In this document: positions 1-12,889 of the stretch, piece after piece
Position numbering within the stretch: the stretch's first letter is position 1
Layout: every line of letters starts with the position of its first letter
From: Octopus vulgaris
Lineage: Eukaryota
Reading direction: 5' to 3'
Assembly (NCBI GenBank): GCA_951406725.2
Contig: OX597823.1
Location: 43,896,001 to 43,960,000, forward strand
Length of the DNA: 64,000 bases
Notes under the pieces: generated by a model
Databases searched by the model: none
Told to the model about the DNA's origin: nothing
What the model saw: the letters and a program-made list of their open reading frames with translations, nothing else
Program-made: the position numbers and the translations under genes

Positions 1-33
1 TATATATATATATATACATGTATATATATATAT

Positions 34-93
<60 letters not shown>

Positions 94-320
94 TGCTTTT
101 GTCTTTTTGTCTTCTTTTGTAGGAACCAGCTGGTTAAGACAGGCGTTTTACTTGCAGTTAACTAGAAAGGCAGTCAATGAGATGATATAACGTACAGCAA
201 GGATTTTTGCCAAAGGAGCAGAGGGAAATGAAATTACCACGGATATATATATTCTTAATAAGAACTACACCTACTATATACTGTATACATATGTATAAAT
301 ATATATATATGTATGCGTCT

Positions 321-369
<49 letters not shown>

Positions 370-405
370 TATATACATATACATGTATATATATATACAT
401 GCACG

Positions 406-479
<74 letters not shown>

Positions 480-711
480 ATAAATTTGTATATATACATA
501 TATATGCGTGTCTGTGTGTGTTCGTAAAGATTTGTAATCAAATAATGGAATTTTGTATGTACGTATTTATAAGTGTACGTATATTGCAATAAAGGTATAT
601 AAGGTATATTATATATATATATATTATATATTATATATATATATATATTATATATATATATATGTATATATATGTATACAAATATACATATATATATAGA
701 GCGAGAGGGAG

Positions 712-772
<61 letters not shown>

Positions 773-787
773 CATATAGTTATATAC

Positions 788-823
<36 letters not shown>

Positions 824-900
824 GTGTGTGTGTGTGTGCATGTGAATGTGTGCATGTGTCTTTATGTATAAACTTATACATCTACATATATGTACGCTTA
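1..900. repeat. Compound (TA)n/(CA)n/(TG)n microsatellite region
   Basis: Directly visible dinucleotide arrays; the YI/HT/CV ORFs here are translations of these repeats. Confidence 0.97.
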
Positions 901-1289
901 GAAATACATACTTACAAACTAACATTTAATAACAGATGTATATATTATATAAAGATAAATCCATATAAGGTTTCGTGGTCCATATGCTCTTACCCAATAT
1001 ATGTTGTAGCCATGGATAAGACACTTAACTTTCCCTGTATTTGTAAGGTGTTAACAGAACGACTATTTTATTGCTGCACACAACGTAATCATCGTCCATT
1101 TTCTGTGCGTTTCTTTAGTCCTTCAGTTTAAATATTTATTACAAGGCCAACCTGAAAATGATTTAATAAGATTTCTCTTGGAAACAATTTACATCAAAAA
1201 AGTCATTCATCAATATGCTATCAGAATTATTTGGTTTATTTTCCGGTTGTTCTTACGAAAAGTGTTTGCAGTAATACAATTGTGTCTCG

Positions 1290-1462
<173 letters not shown>

Positions 1463-1514
1463 GTCATGCTTGGTTACTTTTTCGTTTAACACACTAATTT
1501 ATATCACTCTGAAT

Positions 1515-2218
1515 AAGTGGTTCTTAACCTTAGCAGTATCACTGCGTTGGAGACATTTTTGGTTGACCAAAATACGGCAAATGCCAAGAGGGCACATTGT
1601 GATGTTACAGCGTAGGATAGTCAATGTTTAGAAATGTTTAAACCATGTACAATAACTTGTATTTTAAGCATATTTGCAAAAACGCCTTAGATGGGATTAA
1701 AATTGTGACATTGTTTGATCATTGACCAGAAACCTTATGGATGATGAACAAAGGTGCAATATACCTTATTTATTCGTATATAAATCACGTACATTTAAAT
1801 TTGATTTTAACTGAAAAAGACTGCTATGTGACATATAAACGGAGTAAGACTAAAAGCTAAAACTATAAAGGAAAATTATTTTGTACCAAGATTTATCAGT
1901 AAATCAGAGGTGCGACATATACACGAGTAAAGCCTGTAATTTCATTATATAAACCTTTGTATTCTGTTTTAAGTTCCATATAAATTTAACCTAGAGGTCA
2001 CCAGCTTAAGAAAATCTCTAAGAAGTGGTACATTTGAAGGGAATAGTATTCGAAAATATAGATAAGAAGACACTACACAAAAGTCTATTCTGTTTGAGTA
2101 AAATAATGAGCTGCTTTCATTAGTTACTTTCGAATGGGGTGGTGAAATCGAATTTCATTTTTATAATGACTTTCAGTGAAAGGAGTGGAGCTGAGCTACA
2201 AAAGTTTAAGAATCACTG
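1515..2218. mobile_element. Possible old non-autonomous hAT (Charlie-like) element
   Basis: Left end AAGTGGTTCTTAACCT and right end (reverse complement) CAGTGATTCTTAAACT resemble hAT-Charlie TIRs; flanks CTCTGAAT / TTCTAAAG resemble the NTCTAGAN target but are not identical. Confidence 0.35.
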
Positions 2219-2632
2219 TTCTAAAGCTAGTTTATGGCTACTCTCTTTGGTGGATTTGTGCTTTACCATGCTTTTCTGATATATTTAGAGAAATAGTTAT
2301 ATTACTAGCACTCTGGCATTCTAAAACTGAAGACATTTAAAACTATTACAGGCTGACATATTTCGCTGTAATTATTCTACGCATAAACAGAATTTAAATT
2401 TGAAATCTGCATAGTTTCTACCTAAAACTGACAGGTAATTGCTTACGAGTTCGTTATGTGTACGTCACTGGGGTTGAATGTGTCAACTGTCATCAACCAA
2501 AGCTCCGCTGATGATGGTATTGTTTGTAACTTTAAAACGCTACTAGTTTTCAGAAACGCAACTGTTTCGTATTATCTTTCTCTACTCTCTCTCTCTCTCT
2601 ACCTCTCTCTTCCTTTCTCACGCCGCTGTATG

Positions 2633-2718
<86 letters not shown>

Positions 2719-2720
<2 letters not shown>

Positions 2721-2915
2721 TTCCATGATAGATCGTTAGCCACTAGACACATTTTTTCTCTCCTTATTTCTCTCCTTGTTTTTTCTGTGTCCCTTTCTGT
2801 AGAAAAGCGTAGGCTCGAAACGTAAAAGACTTTTTCTATTCCTGAGCGTTATACTAATACATCAGTTTATTTTGTACACCACCTGTCTTCGTCTTTTGTT
2901 TTTTCCGTAAACTCT

Positions 2916-2918
<3 letters not shown>
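2719..2918 (+). mobile_element. Short interspersed element between (TA)n tracts, Penelope pseudo-LTR-like, with a hammerhead-like motif
   Basis: Related sequence recurs in reverse orientation at ~39262-39345 (TCGAAACGTAAAAGACTTT shared) and its 3' end recurs at ~11510-11550; contains CTGTAGAA-AAGC GTAG GCTC-GAAACGTA. Confidence 0.55.
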
Positions 2919-2969
<51 letters not shown>

Positions 2970-2984
2970 TGTTGTTGTTTTGTT

Positions 2985-3289
2985 TTTTTGTTCCTTCCCG
3001 AGCCATGCCTGGCTCATAAGGACCGAATTTCTGGTTTCATTGGCGTATACGTATAGGTTCCCCAGCTGTACGGTACACCGGTCTGTCGCAGGTGAGCTGC
3101 TAGATGATGGAGGAAAGAGTGAGAGAAAGATGTGGCGAAAGAATCAGCAGAAGTTCGCCACTACCTTCTGCTGGAGCCGCGTAGAGCTTAGGTGTTTCAT
3201 TCATAAGCACATCGCTCGGTCTGAGATTCGAATCCGCGATCTCTCGACTACGAGTTTGCTGCTTTGTCCACTAGGCTATGTGCCTCCAT
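2985..3289 (-). mobile_element. tRNA-derived SINE, diverged relative of the 62047-62430 family with a different 3' tail (octopus OR1/OR2-like)
   Basis: Minus strand begins TGGAGGCACATAGCCTAGTGG...GGATTCGAATCTCAGACC (Pol III A/B boxes) and aligns by eye to the head and body of the 62047 SINE. Confidence 0.8.
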
Positions 3290-3293
3290 GTAT

Positions 3294-3298
<5 letters not shown>

Positions 3299-3335
<37 letters not shown>

Positions 3336-3438
3336 CACACACACACACAAAGAAAGAGAGACAGACAGACAGACAGACAGATGGACAGACGGACAGACAG
3401 ACAGACAGATAGACAGACAGACAGACAGGCAGATAGAC

Positions 3439-3515
<77 letters not shown>

Positions 3516-3516
3516 T
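3299..3516. repeat. (TA)n/(CA)n/(GACA)n/(GATA)n compound microsatellite
   Basis: Directly visible. Confidence 0.95.
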
Positions 3517-4089
3517 ATGGCTATTCTCTTGAAATATTTTTTTTTAGAATTGGGTAGATTTTTAACTGACAAAAAAATTACCTTCGTCAATATAAGTTTC
3601 AATATCAATATCGAGTATAAATATTTTCACTCTACTGTTGACATTTTCACTCTTCCGTTGATACAGTTTATGGACTACACGCAAGATGCACTTTTCCTTT
3701 GTGTGAAAACTGAAATTGTTATTTAGATAGTAAGTATGCCAACGATTATAGATAACTATGTGAATTCATAGTCCGTATGGATAAGTTTTAGTTATCGAAG
3801 AAACTTACGATAAAAATTTTTTTTTTCCTTTACTTTAATGAAATGATTATAGCTGACCTCCACAAGAGTACAAGATGTTTTTGAATCTTGTAAATAATTA
3901 TCAGGTTAGCTCTGCTTCCAAAAAGCGAACGTTTTGCTGGAAATGTTCCATCAATATTGCTTACGCAGAAAGGTGTGAATTTACTGAACATCAAAAATAT
4001 TTCATATATACGTATGTATATACATACACATGCATGCGTACATATATACATATATATGTAATCACACACGGACACACACACACACGCTA

Positions 4090-4127
<38 letters not shown>

Positions 4128-4670
4128 TACACACACATACACTCAATGTCCAGGAGCATTCTTTCTTACAGATGACATTGTATATTGTTTTAGTAACGAT
4201 GCCATGTCACATAAGACATGTTGATGACATTTTGGAGAGTTTGCTGATCCCATGAGTAAAGTGCCTTTCAATGTCTTTTAATGATAATGCAACATAATCG
4301 ACATATTCGGTTGTATCTTGGGATGTAAGAACCTTGCTGTCACTACTTCTTTTTAATGAAATATTTTGTAGCTAACTCTCTTGCTTTTGCAATGAAAAAT
4401 CATAACCTCCATAATGTGACGTGTCGTTCCGATCTCGAGTTCAAAGAGAGGTTATACTCTTTGAAAATGTTTTCAATGTTGTCAAGTTTCCGACAAACAC
4501 AACTGCACAACTTTTTTATAGTTTAGCCCCAGGTAAACCTTGCTCAAGTATACCTATAATCAAAGCAACATTCTGTCATATGTTTTGACAATGTATCATT
4601 TGGTTGTTGTTTCTAGCAGTTCCAGAGACCACTTTGAGATTCTTTCGTTGATTTGTCCATACATAACACT

Positions 4671-4796
4671 CTCTTTTACTCTTTTACTTGTTTCAGTCAT
4701 TTGGTTGTGGCCATTCTGGAGCACCGTTTTTAGTCGAGAAACTCGACACCACGACTTATTCTTTGAAAGCCTAGTACTTATTTTATCGGTCTCTTT
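4671..4796 (-). mobile_element. SINE family A, 3' tail fragment
   Basis: CTTTTACTTGTTTCAGTCATT...CTGGAGCACCG shared with the copies at 25371 and 43357. Confidence 0.85.
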
Positions 4797-4929
4797 CAAA
4801 TACACGTATTCTTAAATAGGAAGTTGTTAGCTTCGTGGTAGTGGTAGTGGTAGTATTATCTCCGATTTATTTTCGGGCTTTTGGTTTTGATCGAAAGTAT
4901 TCTTTTACCATTGTTGTTTATTATATGGG

Positions 4930-5404
4930 ATGTTGGCTATTTTGGGTTTAATTTCGGATTTAGAATTCTTATAAACTATTCTTCTTTGGCCTTTTGTAAA
5001 ATGACAATATTTAAAATTTTACATTTGCAGATATCTAGATGTTCACTGCATGGGAAATTCCAAAGAGATAAATCACTATTTTTTTTGTTTATGCACATTG
5101 ACACGGCTGGTGAGTTTCTTTCCTATTTCCCAATGTAGTTTTCATTGTATTGTAGGCATCTAATGTAGTAGATGAGCTTTTTTTTTTATTTGCAATTCAT
5201 GTATGTATTCACTTTTAATTCCTTCCCATTCTTGAGTCCTTTGGTTGTTCTTTGCTCAATTAATTAGCATGCCCCACACTGGGGGTCACTACAGTTGGTC
5301 TTTACAGTTGGTTACTTTTTCAAACGTGAATCTCACCTTTGTTATCAGTCTGAGGTTTGGTGGTTGTTTTCGAGTGTTGATAATTTGTGATTTTTTAATC
5401 ATTC

Positions 5405-5408
<4 letters not shown>
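4930..5408 (-). pseudogene. Penelope-like element GIY-YIG endonuclease relic (Neptune-type, with Cys knuckle)
   Basis: Minus-strand translation across frameshifts/stops: RKQPPNL...CSDPQCGAC...MNCK.KKLIYYIRCLQYNENYIG...RVNVHKQ...SEHL...KEE.FIRILNPKLN. Confidence 0.75.
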
Positions 5409-5466
<58 letters not shown>

Positions 5467-5468
<2 letters not shown>

Positions 5469-5592
5469 ACCGGCTTCTTTCAGTTTCCGTCTACCTAATC
5501 CACTCATTAAGCTTGGTCAGCCCAAGGCTATAGTAGAAGATACACCAAAGTGCCATGCAAAGGAACTGAACCCGAAGCCATGTGGGTGGGAA
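5467..5592 (-). mobile_element. SINE family A, 5' fragment
   Basis: GGCTTCTTTCAGTTTCCGTCTACC...GGCTATAGTAGAAGA...ACTGAACCC as in the 43357-43752 copy. Confidence 0.85.
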
Positions 5593-5693
5593 GCATTAGG
5601 GGACAAAGACAACTGAATGAACTTACTAGGCAGTAGGCACCGCGCGGTTAATTAAAACAAATAATATATATACTGTATAAATATATATACTGC

Positions 5694-5730
<37 letters not shown>

Positions 5731-5781
5731 TACACATACATTTATATATACTGTATATATATATTTGCATGTATATATTAT

Positions 5782-5823
<42 letters not shown>

Positions 5824-6574
5824 TATATATATTATATTATATATATATATGTGTGTGTGAGTGTGTGTGTGTGTGTATCACTTCCGTTATTTTTGACATA
5901 AGCAGTTATTTCGGGAGAAAAACGCTCTGACAGAAATCTTGCAGTCAAAGTTTATATTTGAAAGTTCGAGAGAGAGGGGGCGGGACACATAATGACACGC
6001 TTCGTCAATGTGTGTCTCGACTCCAGTATCTTCTTACGTAGCAGTTTGGCTGTTGTAAATCGCGCACAAACTACCTTCAGAAACAATGGTCGCCTTTGTC
6101 TTCGAAAACCACTTCATCTCTCAAGCTTAGGTACAGTTATTTCTTAATTCTTTGAGTTCCTTTACTATTTATTTTACTATTACATGGTATTGCAAAGTTG
6201 TTGATCTTACGCCGTGCTTTCTTTCTTGTTTTTTTCTTGTGTCTTTCTTTTTGTCCTCTACATTCATTTCAGACCTCCTTCTTCCAATATTATAGTTGTT
6301 TTTTTGTTTTTTTTGGAGAAATCCTATAAAATACTGAAGCTATTATACACCATCACACCCTCTTTCACTTTGAATTCACATACTCAACTTACATCCAGAC
6401 ATATTCATTTTGCGACACAGTCATGCCTGCACGGACACTCTTTTTGTACTAGCTTATCACTTCGGAGAAAGTTACAACTTCCGTCTCCTTTCCCACAGAT
6501 TCTGCGTTTGTTCTCTAAGTTTTATCAATCTTTGACTTTATCAAATTCTTTTTAATGGCTTGTTCCTGAGAGTA

Positions 6575-6575
6575 C

Positions 6576-6639
<64 letters not shown>

Positions 6640-6673
6640 GTTATTATTATTATTATTATTGTTGTTGTTGTTA

Positions 6674-6710
<37 letters not shown>

Positions 6711-6818
6711 TATTATTATTATTACTATTATTAATATTATTATTATTATTATTTCTATTATTAATATTTTCATTTTTATTATTATTATTGTTATTATTGT
6801 TGTTGTTATTGTTATTAA

Positions 6819-6866
<48 letters not shown>

Positions 6867-6870
6867 CGTT
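6575..6870. repeat. (TTA)n/(TTG)n microsatellite
   Basis: Directly visible. Confidence 0.97.
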
Positions 6871-7269
6871 ATTGTCATTATTCCTATTATTATTTGCTTT
6901 CCTCTTTCTACCTCAACACTCTTCATAATCATAATAGTAATTCAAGTACAAATAAGCTATTTTTGTTTGAAACATAACATTTAGATAAGCGAACAGTGAA
7001 AGGACATTTTTTGGTTAAAAATCAGTTGGGGTTCCTTCAATTCAAGATTTAATTAGAAGACTTTTGTTGTTGAATCAAAAGCTTTCTGTGTTTCTATGAT
7101 TTCGAAAAATCGATCCATTGAACAAAGAAAAATATGTAAAAAAAAAAAAGAAAGAAAGAAAAAAGAATAATAAATAAATGAGAATAATAAATAAAAAGTA
7201 AACTAACATAAAACGGATAACAGATGGTGATAACTTATTAATAAAAAATGATTATAACAAATAACAATG

Positions 7270-7283
7270 ACGGCTATAATAAC

Positions 7284-7360
<77 letters not shown>

Positions 7361-7404
7361 CAATATTAATAATAATAATAATAATAATGACGATGATGAT
7401 GATG

Positions 7405-7461
<57 letters not shown>

Positions 7462-7715
7462 GCAATCTGTTGATAATATTAATAAATATATGAAACAACT
7501 TTTACAAATAAATACTTGTTTGTAATGAATTGTGACAACATAAATAAAATACAATAAAATAAAGCAGTAAAAATTCAACTACAACAGCAAAAACAACAGT
7601 ATAAAAATAAGAAAAATCAAGAACTGATTTTCTTTATTCTTATTATTCTTTATTATTTTATGTCGTGTTTTATTACTAGTATTATTATAGCCGTTGTCTT
7701 ACTATTGTTATATTA

Positions 7716-7771
<56 letters not shown>

Positions 7772-7872
7772 TTATGTTTGACTTTTGCTTTATGTTTGTA
7801 CAAGTTGGCTCCAAGTCTCACCCAGAGACCATTATTATTATTATTATCATTATTATTATTATTATTATCATC

Positions 7873-7965
<93 letters not shown>

Positions 7966-7990
7966 ATCATTATTATTATTATTATTAGTT
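7270..7990. repeat. (TAA)n / (TTA)n / (TTG)n microsatellite clusters with a short insert at ~7773-7830
   Basis: Directly visible. Confidence 0.9.
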
Positions 7991-8372
7991 GTATTCTTGT
8001 TGTTGTTTTTGCTGTTGTTGTTGTTGCTGCTGGTGCTCGTGGTGGGAGAGATGGTGTGACAATAAACCAAAGTATTTCAATATTCAAGTTTGGTAATTAT
8101 TCTTGTCAAAACAAATTGCTATAAGATGTGTGTCAAATAATGTATCGTATTTGGTTGAGTGTTTCCAAACATAATGATGCCAGCTGTTTGTTTGTTGCTT
8201 GATTCTTTGTATTGTGGTTACAAACAAATTTCCCGAGGAATCTAAAAGCCATCTTGAGACCATGCTTACACAATGGAGATTGTTTTCCTGTGCCAGCCAG
8301 TTGATACTTTTCCATTTTAAACGTAGATATGTCTGTGTGAGTGGAGAGACGGAGAAGTAGTGCTTCTTGGCA

Positions 8373-8462
<90 letters not shown>

Positions 8463-8469
8463 CATACAT

Positions 8470-8509
<40 letters not shown>

Positions 8510-8512
<3 letters not shown>

Positions 8513-8860
8513 TATGTATGCATTTATGCATGTATGTATGTATGCTTGTAAGAATGTACGTATGTATACATGTATATATGTATGTATTTCTCAGTCTGCC
8601 TGCCTGCCTGCCTGTCTCACTGTATTTTAGATAGACAGACAGACAGACAGACAGATGATAGACAAACACAGACAGATAGATAAATAGATAAACTGAGAGA
8701 CAGGCAGACAGACAGGCAAGCAGACACATAGGCAGGAAAGATACAGTGAGACAGGCAGGCAGGCAGGCAGACAGACTGACAAATACATACATATATACAT
8801 GTATACATACATACATTCTTACATGAATACATACATACATGCATAAATGCATACATATAT
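8510..8860. repeat. Inverted duplication (arms ~8510-8625 and ~8741-8860)
   Basis: GCATTTATGCATG...GTAAGAATG...CTGCCTGTCTCACTGTAT is reverse-complemented as ATACAGTGAGACAGGCAG...CATTCTTAC...CATGCATAAATGC. Confidence 0.9.
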
Positions 8861-9721
8861 ATACAGGTGGTGAGGCTCCCGTTTGAGAGTTCTAGAATTG
8901 TGGTGAGCATAGTCATTCTTTAATTACCTTTAATGCTAGATCTGACCCAGAAAGGTAGCACCTGCCAAGCTCCCATCTATGGGCTTAAATAGTTTTTCCA
9001 AGGGTAGAGGAGACTCAGATTATTTTCGACAAATCCGTGGGAAAGGCAGCTCTTCGAGGAGAAAGATACTCTGACATAAAACATACAATCAAAATAGTAC
9101 GTCATTTCGCAGTGCTTGCTAATGGACCTACTATGGCGACTGAGATGGCGATAAAAGTGGTGTGTGTGTGTGCGCGTGTGTGTTTGTATGATCGTATATA
9201 TATATATATATATATATAGTACAATAATAGACAGAATTTTCTTGATACAGTATAATTCAACCACGGTAGTGGTTGAATATATTTTTAAGTCCACCATTTC
9301 GTCAATCGCAACAGCTTCCAAGCTTCACCACTAATTCAGTTCTCAACTACATTGCAAACTGTTAATAGTTTAAAAGAGGACGCCTCCTCAGCTACACTTA
9401 AGCATAAATAGTTTGAGATTTGGTTCAGTTGATAAAAAGTTACATCAAAAGATCTGCGACCACAAGGGGGTTAGTAAGGCAGATATTCATCTTCAATTAA
9501 CATAAATTTTTAAATTTTTAATTAAAAGTATACTTTTCTTATGCTTAAGTGGTACAAAAATGCATGAGGAATTCAGAATCGATAGTCATATTGAACAAAA
9601 ATTAGTAGAAAAGGTGTTATGAGGTAAAATGTTACGAAATTTCATGTCAGTAAGTAAGGAAGGAAGTAACGCTTAGTCAATATGAATAAAGAATATATTT
9701 CTAAAATGAATGTTTGCATTT

Positions 9722-9960
9722 CAAGACGGTGAGCTGGCCGAATCGTTAGCGTGTCGTGTTGAACACCTTGTCAGTATTTCGTTAACTTTTAAACTAAACA
9801 CTTTCAAACTTCTGTTATTGATAGAATGTGTCATAGAATAGAGTTTACTCATAACGTTTTTGACAAAATTTTGTCTTTTAGAAGCGTTATTTCGTTTGTC
9901 TTTATGTTCTGAGTTCAAATTCTGCCGAGGTCTACTTTGCATTTCATCCATTTCGGAGCT
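9722..9960 (+). mobile_element. SINE family B, interrupted by a ~100 bp segment that is duplicated at ~10005-10105
   Basis: Head GGTGAGCTGGCCGAATCGTTAGC and body TTCTGAGTTCAAATTCTGCCGAGGTC are separated by AAACACTTTCAAACTTCTG...TTTTGACAAAATT. Confidence 0.75.
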
Positions 9961-10974
9961 ATTCAATTAGACGTACAGATTATTTAGCTAATTTTTTTAA
10001 AAATAAACACTTTCAAACTTCTGGTACGGGTAGAATGTGTCACATAGAACAGGGTTTACTCTTAAAGTTTTTGACAAAATTATGTATTTTAGAAGTCATT
10101 TCGTCAGAGTGTTACAGAGGGACAATGGACAAATACGTGTTTGATAAGAGCCAATACACGAATCTCTCAACTTTTGAGTTACTCTCTAACTTCTGCCGAT
10201 GATATATAAATATATTCCATATATGTGTAAAAATTTTCATCACGCAATCAAACCAATGAAAGAGCCTCTACTTGGTCGCTCGACACGCTAAAAATAGCAG
10301 CCAAGGTATCCCCCTACCTAAATCACACGCCCATTGTATGTAATGTCCTAGATTATCCCTAAAAAGACGGTTTGCTGAAGGCTGGAATGTCTTTGATAAT
10401 AGGTTTGCAGTTTCAGGGTTGATTTGAGGCTAAATAACAACATTATGGTAAATCTCTATATTAACACACGCACGATTTTCACTGAGAAAAAACAACAACA
10501 AAGTTGATTTTTTGCGTGGAATTAAGTACCCTGACATCCTAATATGCTATAAATCCTTTATTTTGGTTCGAAACAAAAGAGGTGGGGGGTCCACCCCAAT
10601 CCCGGAATCATTGGAATTTTTTGTTTTGAATTAATTCCTGTGACCTCCTAATATTGAAAAATTAGGTTACTTAAGGTGAGCCTAGTAACTGATGGTTTTG
10701 GGGTCTTGTTGCTTGTAACTTTTGGTGAGCCATGAAGAAACCAACAACTTGATAAAAATCCTTGCCATTAATTTGGTGTGGATGGGTAATATCAAATAAT
10801 TTAATCACAACATATATTTAAATTAAACATGGAAAAAAAAACATTGAAATATTATCATCACTTATATGAAAAATTGAAATATTATTTTTCAGTATTTTAT
10901 AAGGTAAAAATCATAAATTATCAAGTGACACATTATTAAATATCTTATAACAGCAATGCCTGGAAAAATCATGG

Positions 10975-11483
10975 ATTACATGGAAAAATGCGAGCATGGA
11001 AAGTAATATTCTTAAGATTATAAAACTGGAAAAGTACAGGACACGTTATTACACCTGTAAATGTATAGGACAATATATTATTTCTAATAAAGTAAAGAAT
11101 AAAACACATTTTACTAAAAATATTGCAGCTAAAATTAAAATTTGAATATTAAAATTTATTTTATTATAGTTTACAAATAACACTATACTTATTTAAGTAG
11201 ACTTTGGCTAATTTACTATCTTAAATACAGAAAAAAGTGACTAATTAGACAAACTTACAAATTAGCTGAACAGTTTTGTACAAGATGAGAACTGTGAAGC
11301 GTGATAAATGAAAATAGCTGGCATTCTTTGCTGCAATATTTTAAATAAAAGTTTCTTATTCTTTACTTTACTAGAAATAATAGCTTGTCCTATACTTTTA
11401 CAGGTACAATAACTTGTCCTGTACTTGTCCAGTTATATAATCTTAAGACTATTAATTCTCATGCTCGCATTTTTCCATGTAAT
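10975..11483. mobile_element. Fold-back / MITE-like element (arms ~10975-11129 and ~11330-11483)
   Basis: ATTACATGGAAAAATGCGAGCATG...AATATTGCAGC vs GCTGCAATATT...CATGCTCGCATTTTTCCATGTAAT. Confidence 0.8.
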
Positions 11484-11548
11484 TATATATATGTACCACT
11501 ACACCACTACATACACCACCTGTCTTCCTATTTTTTTGTGAATTCTCC

Positions 11549-11650
<102 letters not shown>

Positions 11651-11662
11651 CCCACAAATATA

Positions 11663-12536
11663 CGAGTTCTGATCAATATGTAGCCGGACTGTTGCTAAAG
11701 TAACGAACCAAAAGCACGCAGAATAAAGCTGCTAGGCACAGGTTGAGCTTGAACTCTGCTGTGCATGTTCTAGCTTCGCTGTTTATAGCAGTACTTGGAA
11801 GGATAGCGTGTAGCGTGTGATCGCCGCATTGACTATGACAGAGAAAGTTGAGCAGAGAATTTGCATCAAAATTTGCCAAAAGCTTGGCGATATCTGCCCA
11901 TAGGCCTACGCAACGTTTTCAAAAAGTTTTCATCGTTCTCGACACAATGAAGGAGATCTTGTGCTACTGAAACCCGAGTGTCTTTTTAGAGTCAGCTGAA
12001 AGCAGTTTAGGCACAAACTTGGCAGACACGCATCTCATACTCAAATCTTCAGTGATAATGGACTGAATTGAACCGTAACTAATCTGTACATCCTCTGATA
12101 AATCACGGATGCTGATTCTACGATCTCCTCTCACAGCTGCACGGACGTCTGCGATGTTTTTCTCAGTTTTGCTGGTTGCGGGTCTTCCAGAACGTTCGCA
12201 AAATCGACATCTTTTCGGTCACCTTGGGCACATCTGAACCACTTGTACACCTGTGTGCAACTCATACACTCTTATCCACGCACTTTCTACAACTTTGCGT
12301 AGGCCTCTGAACAGGTGTCACAATGACAACTTTCACTGTCATGGTCAATGCGACGATCACACACTACGCACATCCCTTCCAAGCACTGCTATAAACAGCA
12401 GAAGTGAGCTAGAACGATAAAATTTAGTGCGCATGCACAGCAGAGTTCAAGGTCAGTCTTTGCCAAGTGGCTTCACTCTGCGTGATTTAGCTTCGTTACT
12501 ATGTCAACAGTGCAGACACTTATTAATCGGAACTCG
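11663..12536. mobile_element. Mariner-derived fold-back element made of two inverted 5' ends
   Basis: TA-flanked TIRs CGAGTTCTGATCAATA.. / ..TATTAATCGGAACTCG; plus strand MTEKVEQRICIK..QKLGD; minus strand VYKWFR..ERSGRPATS..DRRISIRDLSEDVQISYGSIQSIITEDL..VSAKFVPKLL (mariner N-terminal HTH and WVP-like linker). Confidence 0.85.
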
Positions 12537-12889
12537 TATATGCATGTATGTATCTTTATATGTGTATATGTTTGTATGTATATATGTATATATGTTTGAA
12601 TGTATGTATAAACATATGTGTAAGTATGTGTGTCTGCATGCGTTTATAATATAATCTTTAGGTGTATGTATGTTTGTATATATGCCTACATGCATGTATA
12701 AATGTTTGTATGCATGTGTGTATGTATGTTTGCATGTATCTATGATTGTATGTATGCTTGTATGTATAAATATGAATATATATGTATGCTTGTATGTATA
12801 AGTATGAATATATATGTATCCTATATAGTGTTCCGCGATCTGACTAGTCATTTACTTATTATTCCTGTAGCCTATTGTGTCCAATTCAC

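Noticed and set aside
158-925. 255-aa ORF and the many YI/HT/CV/poly-L/poly-I/poly-N ORFs throughout the window
   Set aside because: Translations of stop-free microsatellites; no domain content
4150-4500. Non-repetitive stretch with partly open minus-strand frames
   Set aside because: Stops present and no recognisable motif; cannot be called an exon or transposase
5880-6020. CACTTCCG and GGGGCGGG motifs suggesting a promoter
   Set aside because: Short motifs with no downstream exon evidence
8084-8377. Non-repetitive segment open in two minus-strand frames
   Set aside because: No recognisable protein similarity or convincing splice sites
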